This document shows, one piece after another, positions 24,001 through 35,377 of a stretch of DNA of 64,000 nucleotides. The translations under genes and the position numbers were made by a program. The stretch is from NCBI GenBank assembly GCA_051294375.1, contig CM119267.1, positions 23,318,905 through 23,382,904 on the forward strand. Reading direction: 5' to 3'. The notes under the pieces were generated by a model. The model was not told where the DNA came from. It saw only the letters and a program-made list of their open reading frames with translations, and did no database searches. This stretch comes from Paraspadella gotoi (Eukaryota > Animalia > Chaetognatha). How positions within the stretch are numbered: the first letter of the stretch is position 1; each line of letters begins with the position of its first letter.

Positions 24001-25583
24001 GACGGACCGAACGGCGCCGGTTTAGCCGAGGTACATAGTTAATTGAAGATTATATTCATAGGAATTAAAATAGATTCAAAATTAAATTTGTGTTTACAAT
24101 GGTAATTTTCGATTTTCGATTAAATCTAATTTTGATTTCTAAATAAATGAAACTAATTTAATTATTTCATTCAGTAATTTTTTACAACGTTTCCTACTCA
24201 TTTCAGAGCGACATCTTCTCCGCCCTCGACGCTAACGTCCGCGACGAGCTTCGAACCACTTATCCGGATCCTCTCCTCGTCTTCAATTTTACTCAGACTT
24301 TCTCCTTCGATCTCGTGGGCGACATCGAGGCGATGAACGAAAACGCCGAGGGATTTCATCGCTCCACTCTCGAGAGGAAAAAGCGAGAGGTCCGTTGCGC
24401 CTGTCTCAAACGGGACGATCTCTCATTTCCTTCCTTCGGCCGCCTGCTCGACGCCTGCTTGTTTCCCTTGGTCCGGAAACGTTCGGTGTTGGTGTGTCAA
24501 GCGCTGGTAGACAGCCTACTGAAGAAGTCGGCCTTGCTGGAGGAATTGTCGGCGCTGCGAAAGGTCTACTTGCTGGAGGCCGGAGATGCGATGCACACGT
24601 TTTGCCTCGAGGTGTTCGATCGACTCAACGCCGGCGACGAATCTGTTCGTCAAGAGGGATTTTTAAACTCGGCCTTTGACGACGCGTTGTCGAGACATCA
24701 CGAGGCCGTTGCCGATCGCGTCACCGTCGTCGTCGGCGCCGTCGCCGAAGACTCGGCCGGAGATTCTTCCTCTCCCATCCACGCCCTCGACGGATTGAAG
24801 ATCGAGATGGACGTCCCTTGGCCCGTCTTTCCCCTCATCGTGACTCCGTCTCATTTGGAGGTCTACGATAGCATTTTCGTGAGTCTGCTTCAGATCAAGC
24901 GGGCCAAGCATTGTCTCGACTCGTTAAAATTCGAAGATCTCCGCATCGACCCCGTGGAGATCCTCAACGCTATCAATGGCGGCGCCGGGGCGGCGCTCCT
25001 TCCCCGCGACTCCCACGGCGACTTCGCTCCGGTCCACGTCGCAGTCGCGCACCTTCGCCACCGCGTGATCCTCTTCCGACACCGCCTGGCACACTTTGTC
25101 AATTCGCTACACAACTACGTCATGCAGCGGATCCTCCACGTTATCCGCGTCGACTTTCAAAAGAAGCTCGAAGCCGCGGGAGAGATCGAGAACGTGGACG
25201 AGCTGCGGCAAATGCACGGCGAGTTCGTACAGCAAGTGTGGGAACGATGCCCGCTCAATCCCAGTTTCCGCAATTTTCGCCAGCTTATCCTCAAGATGCT
25301 CAACATCGCCGTTGTGTTGCATCAGCGCTGGCGGTCGTCGCCGTCGTCGGGCGCCTCTGTTTCTCTATTATCTCCGACTCGCCGGCTTCCGGAAAAGCCG
25401 CTCGACCTCTCGCCGGATTTACCGATAGCTCCCTCGGTCGTGATTACCCCTAAGAACTTCGAGGATATGGACTACCAAATGAGGCAGTTGATCGTCTTCA
25501 TTCAAACTTTTCTCGAGAAGGTGGTCAAGAGGGGAAGCTTCCCGCATTTAGAGGCTTTTGCTCGGGAGATTTTACCGCGGTGA
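17848..25583 (+). CDS. TUBGCP5: Gamma-tubulin complex component 5
   Basis: Exons 17848-18063, 18159-18485, 22258-22647, 22907-23119, 23194-24030, 24207-25583. Motifs FDWPAFLREGEE, LTESQALRECLWLL, RTYQAF, MAGKSMEIL, YLLEAGDAMHTF, HFVNSLHNYVMQRILH and KRGSFPHLE. Confidence 0.9.
18612..20924. mobile_element. Non-autonomous TIR DNA transposon, hAT-like (8 bp TSD)
   Basis: 37 bp TIRs tagacacatttttttccgctgaaaat(g/t)gtcatagagt with one mismatch, further inverted subterminal blocks, and TSD ccatgcat at 18604-18611 and 20925-20932. No intact transposase. Confidence 0.85.
21093..21626 (-). pseudogene. GIY-YIG endonuclease domain of the Penelope-like element (RT absent)
   Basis: GIYSFRCSC..YIGETCRSFETRTAEH..SGLTQH..EALWI..LNEDKG is the Penelope GIY-YIG pattern. 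Confidence 0.85.
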
Positions 25584-26082
25584 CGTTAGTCTTTATCTCT
25601 CATTTCTAACCTGTGATCTCTCCTAGTCAATACTGTCGTGTCTCAGTTTTGTTAAGCTACTACTTTAATTAATACAAATTTCCAGTGAACTAGTTGTATT
25701 ATTATCACTATTATGATTAATAATGGTTAACACGGTCTGTTTTTTTCGTTATTTTGAAACTTTTCACTCTTACAAATTATTCGTTGTTTGTTGTTCCAAC
25801 CTCATAAAAATAGTTCGTGTTATCTTTTATTATTTATTTTAAAGTGGATTTTCGAGCGTATCTTTTTCTCGAAAATGCAGTCCCCACATCACTTTACCAT
25901 TTATAGAATTAATGCCGTTAACTTGGTTGTATTCCCATAGTTAAATCAGGTTATTTAAAAAAATGTTGTGCCTTGAAACGAGGAGAGCCGATTAGTAGGA
26001 TAAAGGAAAAAAAATAATTTCAAAACAAACACCACCTACAAACAAAACTCAAAGAATAAGAATAACAAAAAAAGGGACGACA

Positions 26083-26827
26083 ATGTCCTCGGAACAGTTC
26101 GAAAACAACGAGGACGATTTAAAGAGCCTCGTTGATGGACTTCGATCTCGCATCGAGAATCGCCTCCCGCGTCTGACTGGCGAGGAGCGGAAGTCGGCCG
26201 TGCGGGAGAGCGAACGAGAGATCGACGATGCCGAGGCTCTGGTCAAAGAGATGAGGGAGGAGGCGAGCGTCGCCCCGCCGCAGTATCGCTCGCAAATGAT
26301 GACTAAAGTGAGTGGAAATATTTGAAATAGATTTCGATAAGAAATTTTATTTTAAAAGTTACGGGCAAATTTACGTACGGTTTTTTCGTACTTTTCGGTT
26401 TAAGGTTCGACAAAGGGAGCAAGACATCGTCTCTATCAAACGCAGTCTCGAAAAACATTCCCTGACGGCTCGCGACGCGCCGTTCCGCGGAGGCGCGCGA
26501 TCGCTGGAGGAGCAACACCGAGCACAATTAGTGCAGGGAACCGCGTCTCTGAGCCGCGGGAGCGATAGCCTCGCGCGCACCCATCAACTCGCCGCGGAAA
26601 CCGACCAGATCGGCACCGACATTCTCGAGGATCTGGGCACGCAGCGAGAACAGCTCGTCCGCGTGCAGACGCGCGTGCACGAGACTGACGCGACGTTGCG
26701 GAGCAGCGCCAAAACTATCCGAACCATGGGTCGCAGGGTCATGACCAACAAACTCATTCTGGTCGTTATAATCGTCTTAGAAATCGCCATTTTGTGCGGA
26801 TTGGTATATTGGAAATTTTTCACCTGA
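26083..26827 (+). CDS. VTI1B: Vesicle transport SNARE VTI1 (VTI1B-like Qb-SNARE)
   Basis: Exons 26083-26307 and 26405-26827. Habc domain, SNARE motif AAETDQIGTDILEDLGTQREQL, RRVMTNKLIL and C-terminal TM ending YWKFF. Confidence 0.88.
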
Positions 26828-27110
26828 ATTTGTTTTATATCAATTAGTTGTAAATGTTTTTGTTTGAATCGGTGAACGTCGTTGTTACTTGATACGTCGA
26901 AAAAAGATTTCAATTATCTCGTTTTTACTCTTATTTCTGTCACGAATAAGCTGCCGCACGCTTGTTCAATGTTCTACAAATTTTTATTTCATCTCGCGAT
27001 AAACATTTGCCCTCTTTGCCGGTTAATCAATGATTATTGATGATCACCTTCGCTCCCCACGCCTTTCTAGTCACTTTAACTCAGGAACGCCGCCGTCGCG
27101 TCGCCGCGAA

Positions 27111-28511
27111 ATGGCATCGTCGAGTTCGACTGTCACGGGTGACGCCGCCTCCGACGTCGCTGATAACGCCTACTTTGCCGAATACTCGGATCTCTCCGTC
27201 CAAGAGTTAATGCTCAAAGACTCAGTCCGCGTCACCGCTTACCGGGATGCCGTGAGAGATAATAGCCATCTTTTTGAAGGGAAGGTGTGTCTCAAGTTTC
27301 TGTTCACTTGCTCTTTCGTTATATTTCGTTTATCTTTAGCTTATGTTATTCTTTCTTTATGTATTTTTTTCTCATCACTTTTAATATCCTTCAATTCTTC
27401 CCACCCACTCAGACGGTTATGGATGTTGGCGCCGGAGTCGGCGTCTTGTCTCTCTTCTGCGCGCGCGCCGGCGCTAAACGCGTTTACGCCGTCGAAGGTA
27501 GCGGGGCGGCGATGGTGGCGGAGCGGGTGGTGGCCAAGAACGGGATGAAGGAGGTTGTGAAGGTGGTTCATCGAAGGGTGGAAGACATCAACGACATGGA
27601 CGATGTTGAGGTCGACGTCATCATCTCCGAATGGATGGGTGCGTCGATGGGAGGAGGGCATCGGGTAAATGGAAAATTGGGCGAACCAATCAATTTACCA
27701 ATCAATTCTAGGCTTTTATCTCCTTCACGAATCCATGCTCGACACTGTGATCTTCGCCCGCGATAAATGGCTCAAACCCGAAGGTCTCCTCTTCCCTTCC
27801 TTCGCCTACCTTCTCCTCGCCCCCGTCGACATGTCGGTCAACCTCGCCGAGACGGCGGCCGCTTGGACCGACTTTCACGGGTTCGACCTTAGCCCGGTCG
27901 GCGCCGCCTTAGACGCTCGCCGCGCCGCCAAGCCCGCCGTCCTCGACGTGTCCGAGTCCCAACTTCTCGCCGACCCGCGGACCCTGGCCTCTTTCGACCT
28001 GAAGACCGTCTCGTCGGACGAAGCGGCCGCCGTCTTCCAGGCGTTGACCTTCGACGTAGACTTGGGCGAATCGTCAAAGCCTTCGAAATCCTCTTCCTCT
28101 TCTACGCGCCCCTTTCACGGCTTCGCCTGTTGGTTCGACGTCGTTTTCGCCGGCGACCCTTCCGCCCGTCCCATCACTCTCACGACCCGCCCCGGCGCCC
28201 CGTCGACCCATTGGAAGCAAACCGTCTTTTTCCTACCTCGGGCATCCGAGGTCCGCCACGACGACGTCGTCTCATGCTACGCCACGTTGACGCGGGACTT
28301 GGACAATCCGCGCCGTTACGACGTCTGCATCGATTTGCGTCGGGACGGGGTGGAGGACGAGGAGGAGGGAGATATAGACATGGAGGGAAAGGATCATCCG
28401 CTGCCGTGCGACTGCGGAGCCGCGAGGTGCGCCCTTATAAAGGCGGTGCTGGAAAAATACGCCAGGGAGGAGACAGAACGATTGGAGGCAGAAGCGGAGT
28501 TGCACGAATAA
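27111..28511 (+). CDS. Type I protein arginine methyltransferase (PRMT6/Art8-like)
   Basis: Exons 27111-27284, 27413-27638, 27712-28511. Motifs YFAEYSD, MLKD, VMDVGAG, double-E loop SEWMGFYLLHESML, THWKQ, and a C-terminal HPLPCDC..RC extension. Confidence 0.88.
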
Positions 28512-28690
28512 AAAAAACAAAAAACTTGAACTATGAAACTTGGATTATTTCGTTTTGTTCTGAAACATTTGGAAAAATCTTTTTTTTTTCCGCTACGCCG
28601 ATTGGAAATTTAATCATTGAATTAAGAAGTCTGTTGTTCACCTTTACTCGAGGCTCACGATTCATTGTTTATTTTTTTAGTCGAGTTAAA

Positions 28691-31600
28691 ATGGCCTCGG
28701 TCACGAATGATCTATCAGAGATTGAAGAATTTCGTGACCAATCTCTGATTAGCAGCGTTGACAGGCGTTCCACGTTGGGCGTTCTTGACGAAACACTAGA
28801 CAATCCCTCGAAATCACTTATGGAAGCGCCCGAGGACTTTTATCTGGAAGATTGGTCGGGCGTCATCTGCGACTTGATATTCTTTGGAGAGCTTAAGGAG
28901 ACGGAGCGTTATCGGGCAGTCTCTAAAAAGTTTGAGGCGAGATATGGGACAACCAATGATAACTGGTGTCCTGTTCGTAAACGTCTTATATCCTTGGATC
29001 GGTGGGAGGCGGAAAAGGCAGCTGATGCTAGTACAAGCTCTGATAAGGAAAACGCGATTTCCGACATGGAAGAGGCCAGTAATAAAACTTTGGACAGTAC
29101 ACACATGTCAGAGGCCAGAACCAATAACATGGCAAAAGTCATTATTAACACTGATGTTGCTGAGGCCAGTGTAAGCACTGTGGCTGTGGACAGTATGTTC
29201 ATCGACACGGCAGATGTCAGAAAGAACACTGAAATGGCCGAGTCCATTACAAACACCAGAATGGCAGAGGCCAGAGTAAATAATGAAAAGGCAGAGGCCA
29301 GAGAAAACACTGAAATAACAGAAGCCAGAAAAAAGGCTGAAATGGCAGAGGCCAGAGAAAAGGCTGAAAAGGAAGAGGCCAGAGAAAGGCTGAAAAGGAA
29401 GAGGCCAGAGAAAAGGCTGAAAAGGAAGAGGCCAGAGAAAAGGCTGAAAAGGAAGAGGCCAGAGAAAAGGCTGAAAAGGAAGAGGCCAGAGAAAAGGCTG
29501 AAAAGGAAGAGGCCAGAGAAAAGGCTGAAAAGGAAGAGGCCAGAGAAAAGGCTGAAAGGAAGAGGCCAGAGAAAAGGCTGAAAGGAGAGGCCAGAGAAAA
29601 GGCTGAAAGGAGAGGCCAGAGAAAAGGCTGAAAAGGAAGAGGCAGAGAAAAGGCTGAAAGGAAGAGGCCAGAGAAAAGGCTGAAAAGGAAGAGGTCAGAG
29701 AAAAGGCTGAAAAGGAAGAGGCCAGAGAAAAGGCTGAAAATGCAAAACCAAAAAAAGGCTGAAATGGCAGAGGCCAGAGAAAAGTCTGAAATGGCAGAGG
29801 CCAGAGAAAGTCTGAAATGGCAGAGGCCAGAGAAAAGTCTGAAATGGAAGAGGCCAGAGAAAAGTCTGAAAAGGAAGAGGCCAGAGAAAAGTCTGAAAAG
29901 GAAGAGGCCAGAGAAAAGGCTGAAAAGGAAGAGGCCAGAGAAAGGCTGAAAAGGAAGAGGCCAGAGAAAAGGCTGAAAAGGAAGAGGCCAGAAAAAAGGC
30001 TGAAAAGGAAGAGGCAGAGAACAGGCTGAAAAGGAAGAGGCCAGAGAAAAGGCTGAAAAGGAAGAGGCCAGTACAAACACTAACAAGGCAGAGGCTTGTA
30101 CAAATTTTAAGGTGGCAGAGGCCAGCATAAACCTTAAGGCGGTAGATGCCAGTACAAGCAATGACGTGCCTAACAATACTGACATCGCTAGAAACAACAT
30201 TGATTTTCCTAAAGCTCGTACTATCATTCCCATAGTAGAAGATAGCATAAATAAATCTCTCGCAGAATACAGTACAAATGCTTTCTTGCCAGAAAATATG
30301 TCTTCTGTCATCCGAGAAGCTAATATTAAAGGAATAAAGGAAGGCTATGCAACTATTGTCATGCCAGAAACTCATTCACAAATTAGAGAAGCCAAACTTA
30401 ATTCTCCCAAATTACATGTGTCTGGGTCTCCAGAGGAGCGTTCGCTTTTTTCAAGGAGGTCGAGCGTTGGCGTAGAATCAATCGAGAGCGCTATTAGGTG
30501 TCAGGAAGAAAAAAAACAGCTTTTACAGTCTCTTAAAAGTGTGAAGCAAACTGTTAACAATATGGCCTTGAAGCATGGGTTATACGACAAGCACATCGCA
30601 GAAAAATTGAGTCCTTTACCTGAGCATTTGAAGAGAACTAGTTTTGACGAAGAAAGCATTAAAAGCCAAATTAAAAAATATGAGGAGAAAGCTGAACGTT
30701 TGAAATACTTGGACAAGCTCAAGGAAAAGGTCAAAGAAGAAGGCATGAATATTTTTCAAGAACATTGTCAACCCCACAAAGGTAACCAGCTTGAGAACTC
30801 TGATGTCGTCTTGTCTCAGGATCCCCTTATGCCGTTTAGAACTTTTGCAAACAGCAGACGTCCCTCCATGGATTCTCTGATTGAAGAGTCCGAGGATCCT
30901 CTCGACAATCCTATCGAAAATAAAGACCCCTTCACCACAGAGAAGCAGAACGAGCCCAGTTGTCAGTCTGGATGCGAACGCTCCGACCCGTCCGACCTGA
31001 CCCGACCTGTTTGTGTCGATAGCCCACGTCGCCGACGTGGCACTTTAGATTCGCCGACCACCACCAAAGTTCCGATTGTCTATAAAAAGCCTACTCCACT
31101 AAAAAGTCCCTCTATTTTGAGGGCGGTCAATTCTAATACCTGTACTGATGTCTCGTTCGACGCAGCCGCGACCTACGAGACCTCATCCCGTAAAGTGGGA
31201 TTTAAAAATGATCTTGAGACTTCGCCAGTCAATTCGAGTCCTTCTCATTTGTCGGTCGTCACCCCGAGTCGATCCGCGCTGAAAAAATCCGCCAAGCGAA
31301 TTCCGGTTTCGTCGCCTTCCGGCAGGCTCGGCGCTTCTCATGCGTCGGTCTCATCCGACTCCGGGTCGCCGCTGCTTCATCGAGCGCCCTCTCCGCCCGG
31401 TTCTCCCACTCCCGCGGTACGGCGTCACGGAACCCTCGTTCGCCAGCTTTTTTCCGACGATACCCCGGTGATCGGGGCGAAGGCTCAAACGCCTCAATCC
31501 AAAACGGCCTTGTCTAACCAATCCTCGTACGGGGGCAGTCGTATTCCCGTCCCCTCTTTCAAGCCTAAGCCGACCGAGGCTCGCGAGCCTGTCGCGTCTT

Positions 31601-31818
31601 CAGTCTTGACGTTTCGTCGTCATCTCACGCCAGGGACAACGCCCGCATTAGGATCGACCGGCACCAAGAGACCCGCCACTCCGAGAAGAGTGCCTTCTCC
31701 AAACTTATCTGTTCCTAGAATTCAATTTTCGCGCTTCAATGGAGTCGTGGGTTCTCGAGCAGCGGTGAATCCAAGCCCCGTCATCTCGACGACATCTCGC
31801 ACTCCTTTTCGTCGCTAA
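28691..31818 (+). CDS. Large orphan protein (~1000 aa) with an EAREKAEKE repeat and a basic Ser/Pro-rich tail; apparent frameshifts inside the repeat
   Basis: ATG at 28691 follows ttttttag. Open frames lie on both sides of the array (to ~29385 and ~30060-31818). Frame breaks coincide with A-run length variants in the repeat units. Confidence 0.6.
29330..30070 (+). repeat. 27 bp coding minisatellite gaggccagagaaaaggctgaaaaggaa
   Basis: Roughly 27 tandem units, with 25-26 bp variants. Confidence 0.95.
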
Positions 31819-31931
31819 GTCTAAATTACTTGATAGAGTTCATTTATTTACCAACTGATCGTCGGACATTCGCCGCTGTTTAAATTATCATTCCGATTTT
31901 CAACCTCATTTGTTATCATGTTATGTTGTAA

Positions 31932-32068
31932 TTATGAAATTGGTACAACCAATATATAAATTATCCATTCATTTAATAAATAAGCTATCTTGCCCCTGAC
32001 TTTGGACAGGCTTTGGTGGTTTAAGGCCTCCATCTCTCTAATAAGATAATGACATAGCAGGTCCCTGC
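31932..32068 (-). repeat. ~140 bp dispersed repeat, copy 2
   Basis: Reverse complement of ~8835-8975 with a few substitutions. Confidence 0.8.
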
Positions 32069-32380
32069 TATGATACCTGCCCAACACCCCTTTTTTATTG
32101 TTCTGTGATATTGTTGTCAATTCTGACGGATACCGCAATACTATGTGAAATCACAATTTTGCTTTTACATTTATGCCCCTCTACCTCGCATTATATTGAA
32201 AAAACTATTTTTTAATTGTTCTGTGATACTGATCTATTTTGATGGATACCACACTCACGGTTTTGATTTTAATTTTATGCCTCTCTACCTCGTATTACTA
32301 TGTTTTAAAAGGTAAAATTTACTTTTTTATTTTATATTTTACTTAGCTTATTTTTTGAAACGCGTTAAAAATCAAACAAA

Positions 32381-32796
32381 ATGTCCGCTCACGGATTGGA
32401 CAAAATTCCAGACTCTTTGGGTTTCATGGTTTTGAATGAAGACGGCGGCATTCTCTCCTCAGGAGGTGATCTTGACGGGCAGGACAGAATTGCGGGTAAG
32501 CTCGTTGTCTTTATATATAATCAATTAATAAGTTAAACAAAACTCGCCTTAACTTTCTCCCCCGCTTTTTTTTTTCTCTAGGCATCATGACTTCCATGCT
32601 CCGGTGTCTCTCCCGCCTTCGCAAAGATGACGGTTCGCCCCAATCCTTCCAAAGAGTCACGCTCGTCCTCGACGCCTTCTTCTACGGAGTCACCGTCAGC
32701 AACCAAAAGATCTTCGTCGTCAAACGATCGAAGAAGCCGGCCGTTCCGGCCAAGCGCGATGACTTCGAGGACGACGACGAATTCCGGCGAAATTAA
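32381..32796 (+). CDS. LAMTOR4: Ragulator complex subunit LAMTOR4
   Basis: Exon 1 (32381-32495, absent from the ORF track) reads MSAHGLDKIPDSLGFMVLNEDGGILSSGGDL. Exon 2 (32582-32796) has FQRVTLV..VTVSNQKIFVVKR. Confidence 0.88.
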
Positions 32797-33236
32797 ACTT
32801 TGAAGGAGATCAAACTGTTTCTTCTTTGTTTGGTTCGTCTTTGCACGAGCATATTTTCTCGGTTTGAAGGTTGTAGATCGGCAGGGCATATTTGCGTTTT
32901 GATTTTTTGTTTTGTAAATACACCAATGAGGGTTGCCTATTGCCCAATATTATATTATAAGGCTTTACCCGAATTAAATGGTTGTTAGTTTCTAAAATTA
33001 GTGGGGGGCTCCCTTAAATCGCAGCTAAGATGAGGTGATTTATCCCACCCTCTCTCCTCTTTCTCTTCATAACATCCGCGTCGTTCTCCCCGACTGGTTG
33101 CTGGTCAACCTCCGTTGATTCGCTATTTTTTTCCAGATGTGAAAATAATATTCGGAATTGTGATTTTCTTCTTTCTTTTCTTCAACGGAAGGATAAAAGA
33201 AATAAAGAAAAAAAGTCAGCGTCACGCGATTCTTTT

Positions 33237-33668
33237 ATGTCGATCGCGGATCCGTCGAGTCGGAAACATGACGTCGACGAACGCGACGATCGGCGCGACG
33301 ATCGCCGCACCGTCGTCTACGGGCTCATAGATTTAGGGAAGAAGTCGGACCGGGAGATCGAGGTCTTGCTTCAACATTTTAACTTCCGTGTTCACTTATT
33401 ATATTTTAAGATGAAGATTTTCATTGTTCCTTTCTTTTCCATTTCCAAGGAGCTTTTGAAGATGGCGCAATCGCTAAAGCTCCACCGGATGTTCCGAACC
33501 TGTCACGAAATTTTAACGCAGCGGCGGTTGACGCATCCGACTTTGTCGTCGCCGCCGCCGCCGCCGCCGACGACGATGGCGCCGCAGTCAAAAAGGCGCT
33601 CCGTGCTCTTCGCCGGAGAGCGGAGTTCCGGATCGGGCACGCTCAAAGTCGGCGATATCGGTTTTTAA
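33237..33668 (+). CDS. Small uncharacterised protein with a segment resembling the C-terminal helices of a BTB/POZ domain
   Basis: Likely in-frame 87 bp GT-AG intron at 33363-33449. The spliced product contains VVYGLIDL..EIEELLKMAQSLKLHRMFRTCHEIL. GC-rich, coding-like exons. Confidence 0.5.
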   Translation: MSIADPSSRKHDVDERDDRRDDRRTVVYGLIDLGKKSDREIEVLLQHFNFRVHLLYFKMKIFIVPFFSISKELLKMAQSLKLHRMFRTCHEILTQRRLTHPTLSSPPPPPPTTMAPQSKRRSVLFAGERSSGSGTLKVGDIGF

Positions 33669-34346
33669 GGCTCCTACGATTCGATTAACCGCCCGTCGAG
33701 TTTTGTTTTTTTGTTCCTGTGATGCTTACATATCAATTATTTATACAATATTTCGAACATATTACATATAGTCGCTATATAAAATCAAAATGTTATATAT
33801 TTCCCACGTGCTTCATCTTTAATCGTCTCTTGTTATTTTCGATTTGAGAATGATCTTGTGGTACAAGTTGTACAATACTATGTATGATTTTGCGTCCGTT
33901 TGAACAACGGAGTCATCAAAGTTCGAATCTCGCCTTTTTGTATAACATTCTCGAATGTTTACATAGTTCTATAATTTTGATCTCATGACATATCAATATA
34001 TATGACTACATAGATCGAGCTCTCGTTAAGTTTAAAATCTAGCTTTTCCGTTGATTTTATATTTTTGAACTTGGCATGTTGGACATTTCATAATATTAAA
34101 GTAGATATTAGTTAAATTTGTTGAAACATTTATTAGTAAAAAAAGTGAACAAAAAAGCGTCGAGATTCACATTGACACAAATAATGTAACCTCCCGTTAG
34201 ATTTTAAATCCTAATTAACTTAATCGTTTGTTCTACTAACTCGTTGATATTTATTTTCTCATAGTGGTAAAAATAACGCCTGGTACTATAGCCATTAGCC
34301 GTCTGGAACTAAAAAAAAAATAAAAACTACACTATAGATTATAGAA

Positions 34347-35199
34347 ATGGCTAAGCGCGGAATCACATACGTTAAAGGAGAAGAGCCAGCGTTTTTGAAA
34401 CGATTCAAAGAGAAGGTGCGCAACTTTAACCTACTATGTCATATATTCATTAAATGCGTTAACATTCCAGGTTTACACATTATTTTCTTTTCTCTATCAT
34501 AGGCGGGCTTCGTGGAGGGTCCAGGGGTAAACGAGAAATTCAAGCGAGACGAGGCCAAATCCTCTGGTCCTGATGAGAATGAGGAAATCAAGGACGACGA
34601 ACAACCCATGGTGTGTGTTGGGCTCATTTGGGAATGTAAAAGGGGAGTGGAAACTGGAAGTAGTAGTACGTGTAATGGATCCTTTCTAAATTTGAACATT
34701 TGTTTCCAGGTGGTCCGCCTTAAGGACGAGCACCTGACCCAGGCCGAAGCCGAAAAGGAGTGGCAGCGAGCCAAGACGGAGGGAGAGCTTCGTCTGAGGG
34801 ACGAAGAGGGCGTCGGGCGAGGGCCTCCGGTCGACGCCGTCGGAAAGATCCGGTTTAGAAAACCGAAGGTGAGTTAGAAAAAAGATAAGGGTAGAAAAGG
34901 AGGTAAAATTTGTGGGAAAAAAAAGGGGGAAAAAAAAATGAGTTGAAGGCCGGATTTTTCGCGCTAAATTTAACTAGAATTTTACCGATGTTCTTTTTTT
35001 TTCCTTTGCCTTTCCGCAGGAAAAAACGGAGAACGACAAAGACGAGAAAAAACAAAAGACAGACGAGACGGAAAAGCGTGAGAAACGAGACAAAACCGTT
35101 AAAAAGGAGAGAAGAGAAAAGAAAAGAGACGTGAAAGCTGTGAAAGATTCCAAACTCTTGTCGTTTGGCGACGAGGATGAAGAAGAGGAGGAAACGTGA
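34347..35199 (+). CDS. KIAA1143: KIAA1143 homologue (DUF4604)
   Basis: Exons 34347-34415, 34503-34610, 34710-34868, 35020-35199. Reads ITYVKGEEPAFLKRFKEKAGFVEGP, DEQPMVVRL, KIRFRKP and LLSFGDEDEE. Confidence 0.88.
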
Positions 35200-35377
35200 C
35201 CATCGTTGTTTATTTTGTTAGTTTTTATTGGTTTTTAATTGTTTTATATTTTATTTTCTCTTCGGTATCACGCCTTGCCATTTCCCTTGTCCAATGTCCA
35301 TTTGGAGTTTTATTTTACTTCAATAAAAAAAAACAACTAAAACCAAAAACAACCAACGAATCCTATCGAATCTTGAG

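Noticed and set aside
17-28520. Numerous antisense and alternate-frame ORFs overlapping identified genes
   Set aside because: Expected from GC-rich codon usage; they carry no recognisable motifs.
28130-28690. 483 aa ORF starting at 28130
   Set aside because: The upstream part overlaps the PRMT CDS and an AT-rich spacer; the plausible start is the ATG at 28691.
29108-30375. Long minus-strand ORFs (322, 354, 226 aa)
   Set aside because: Antisense shadows of the stop-free 27 bp tandem repeat.
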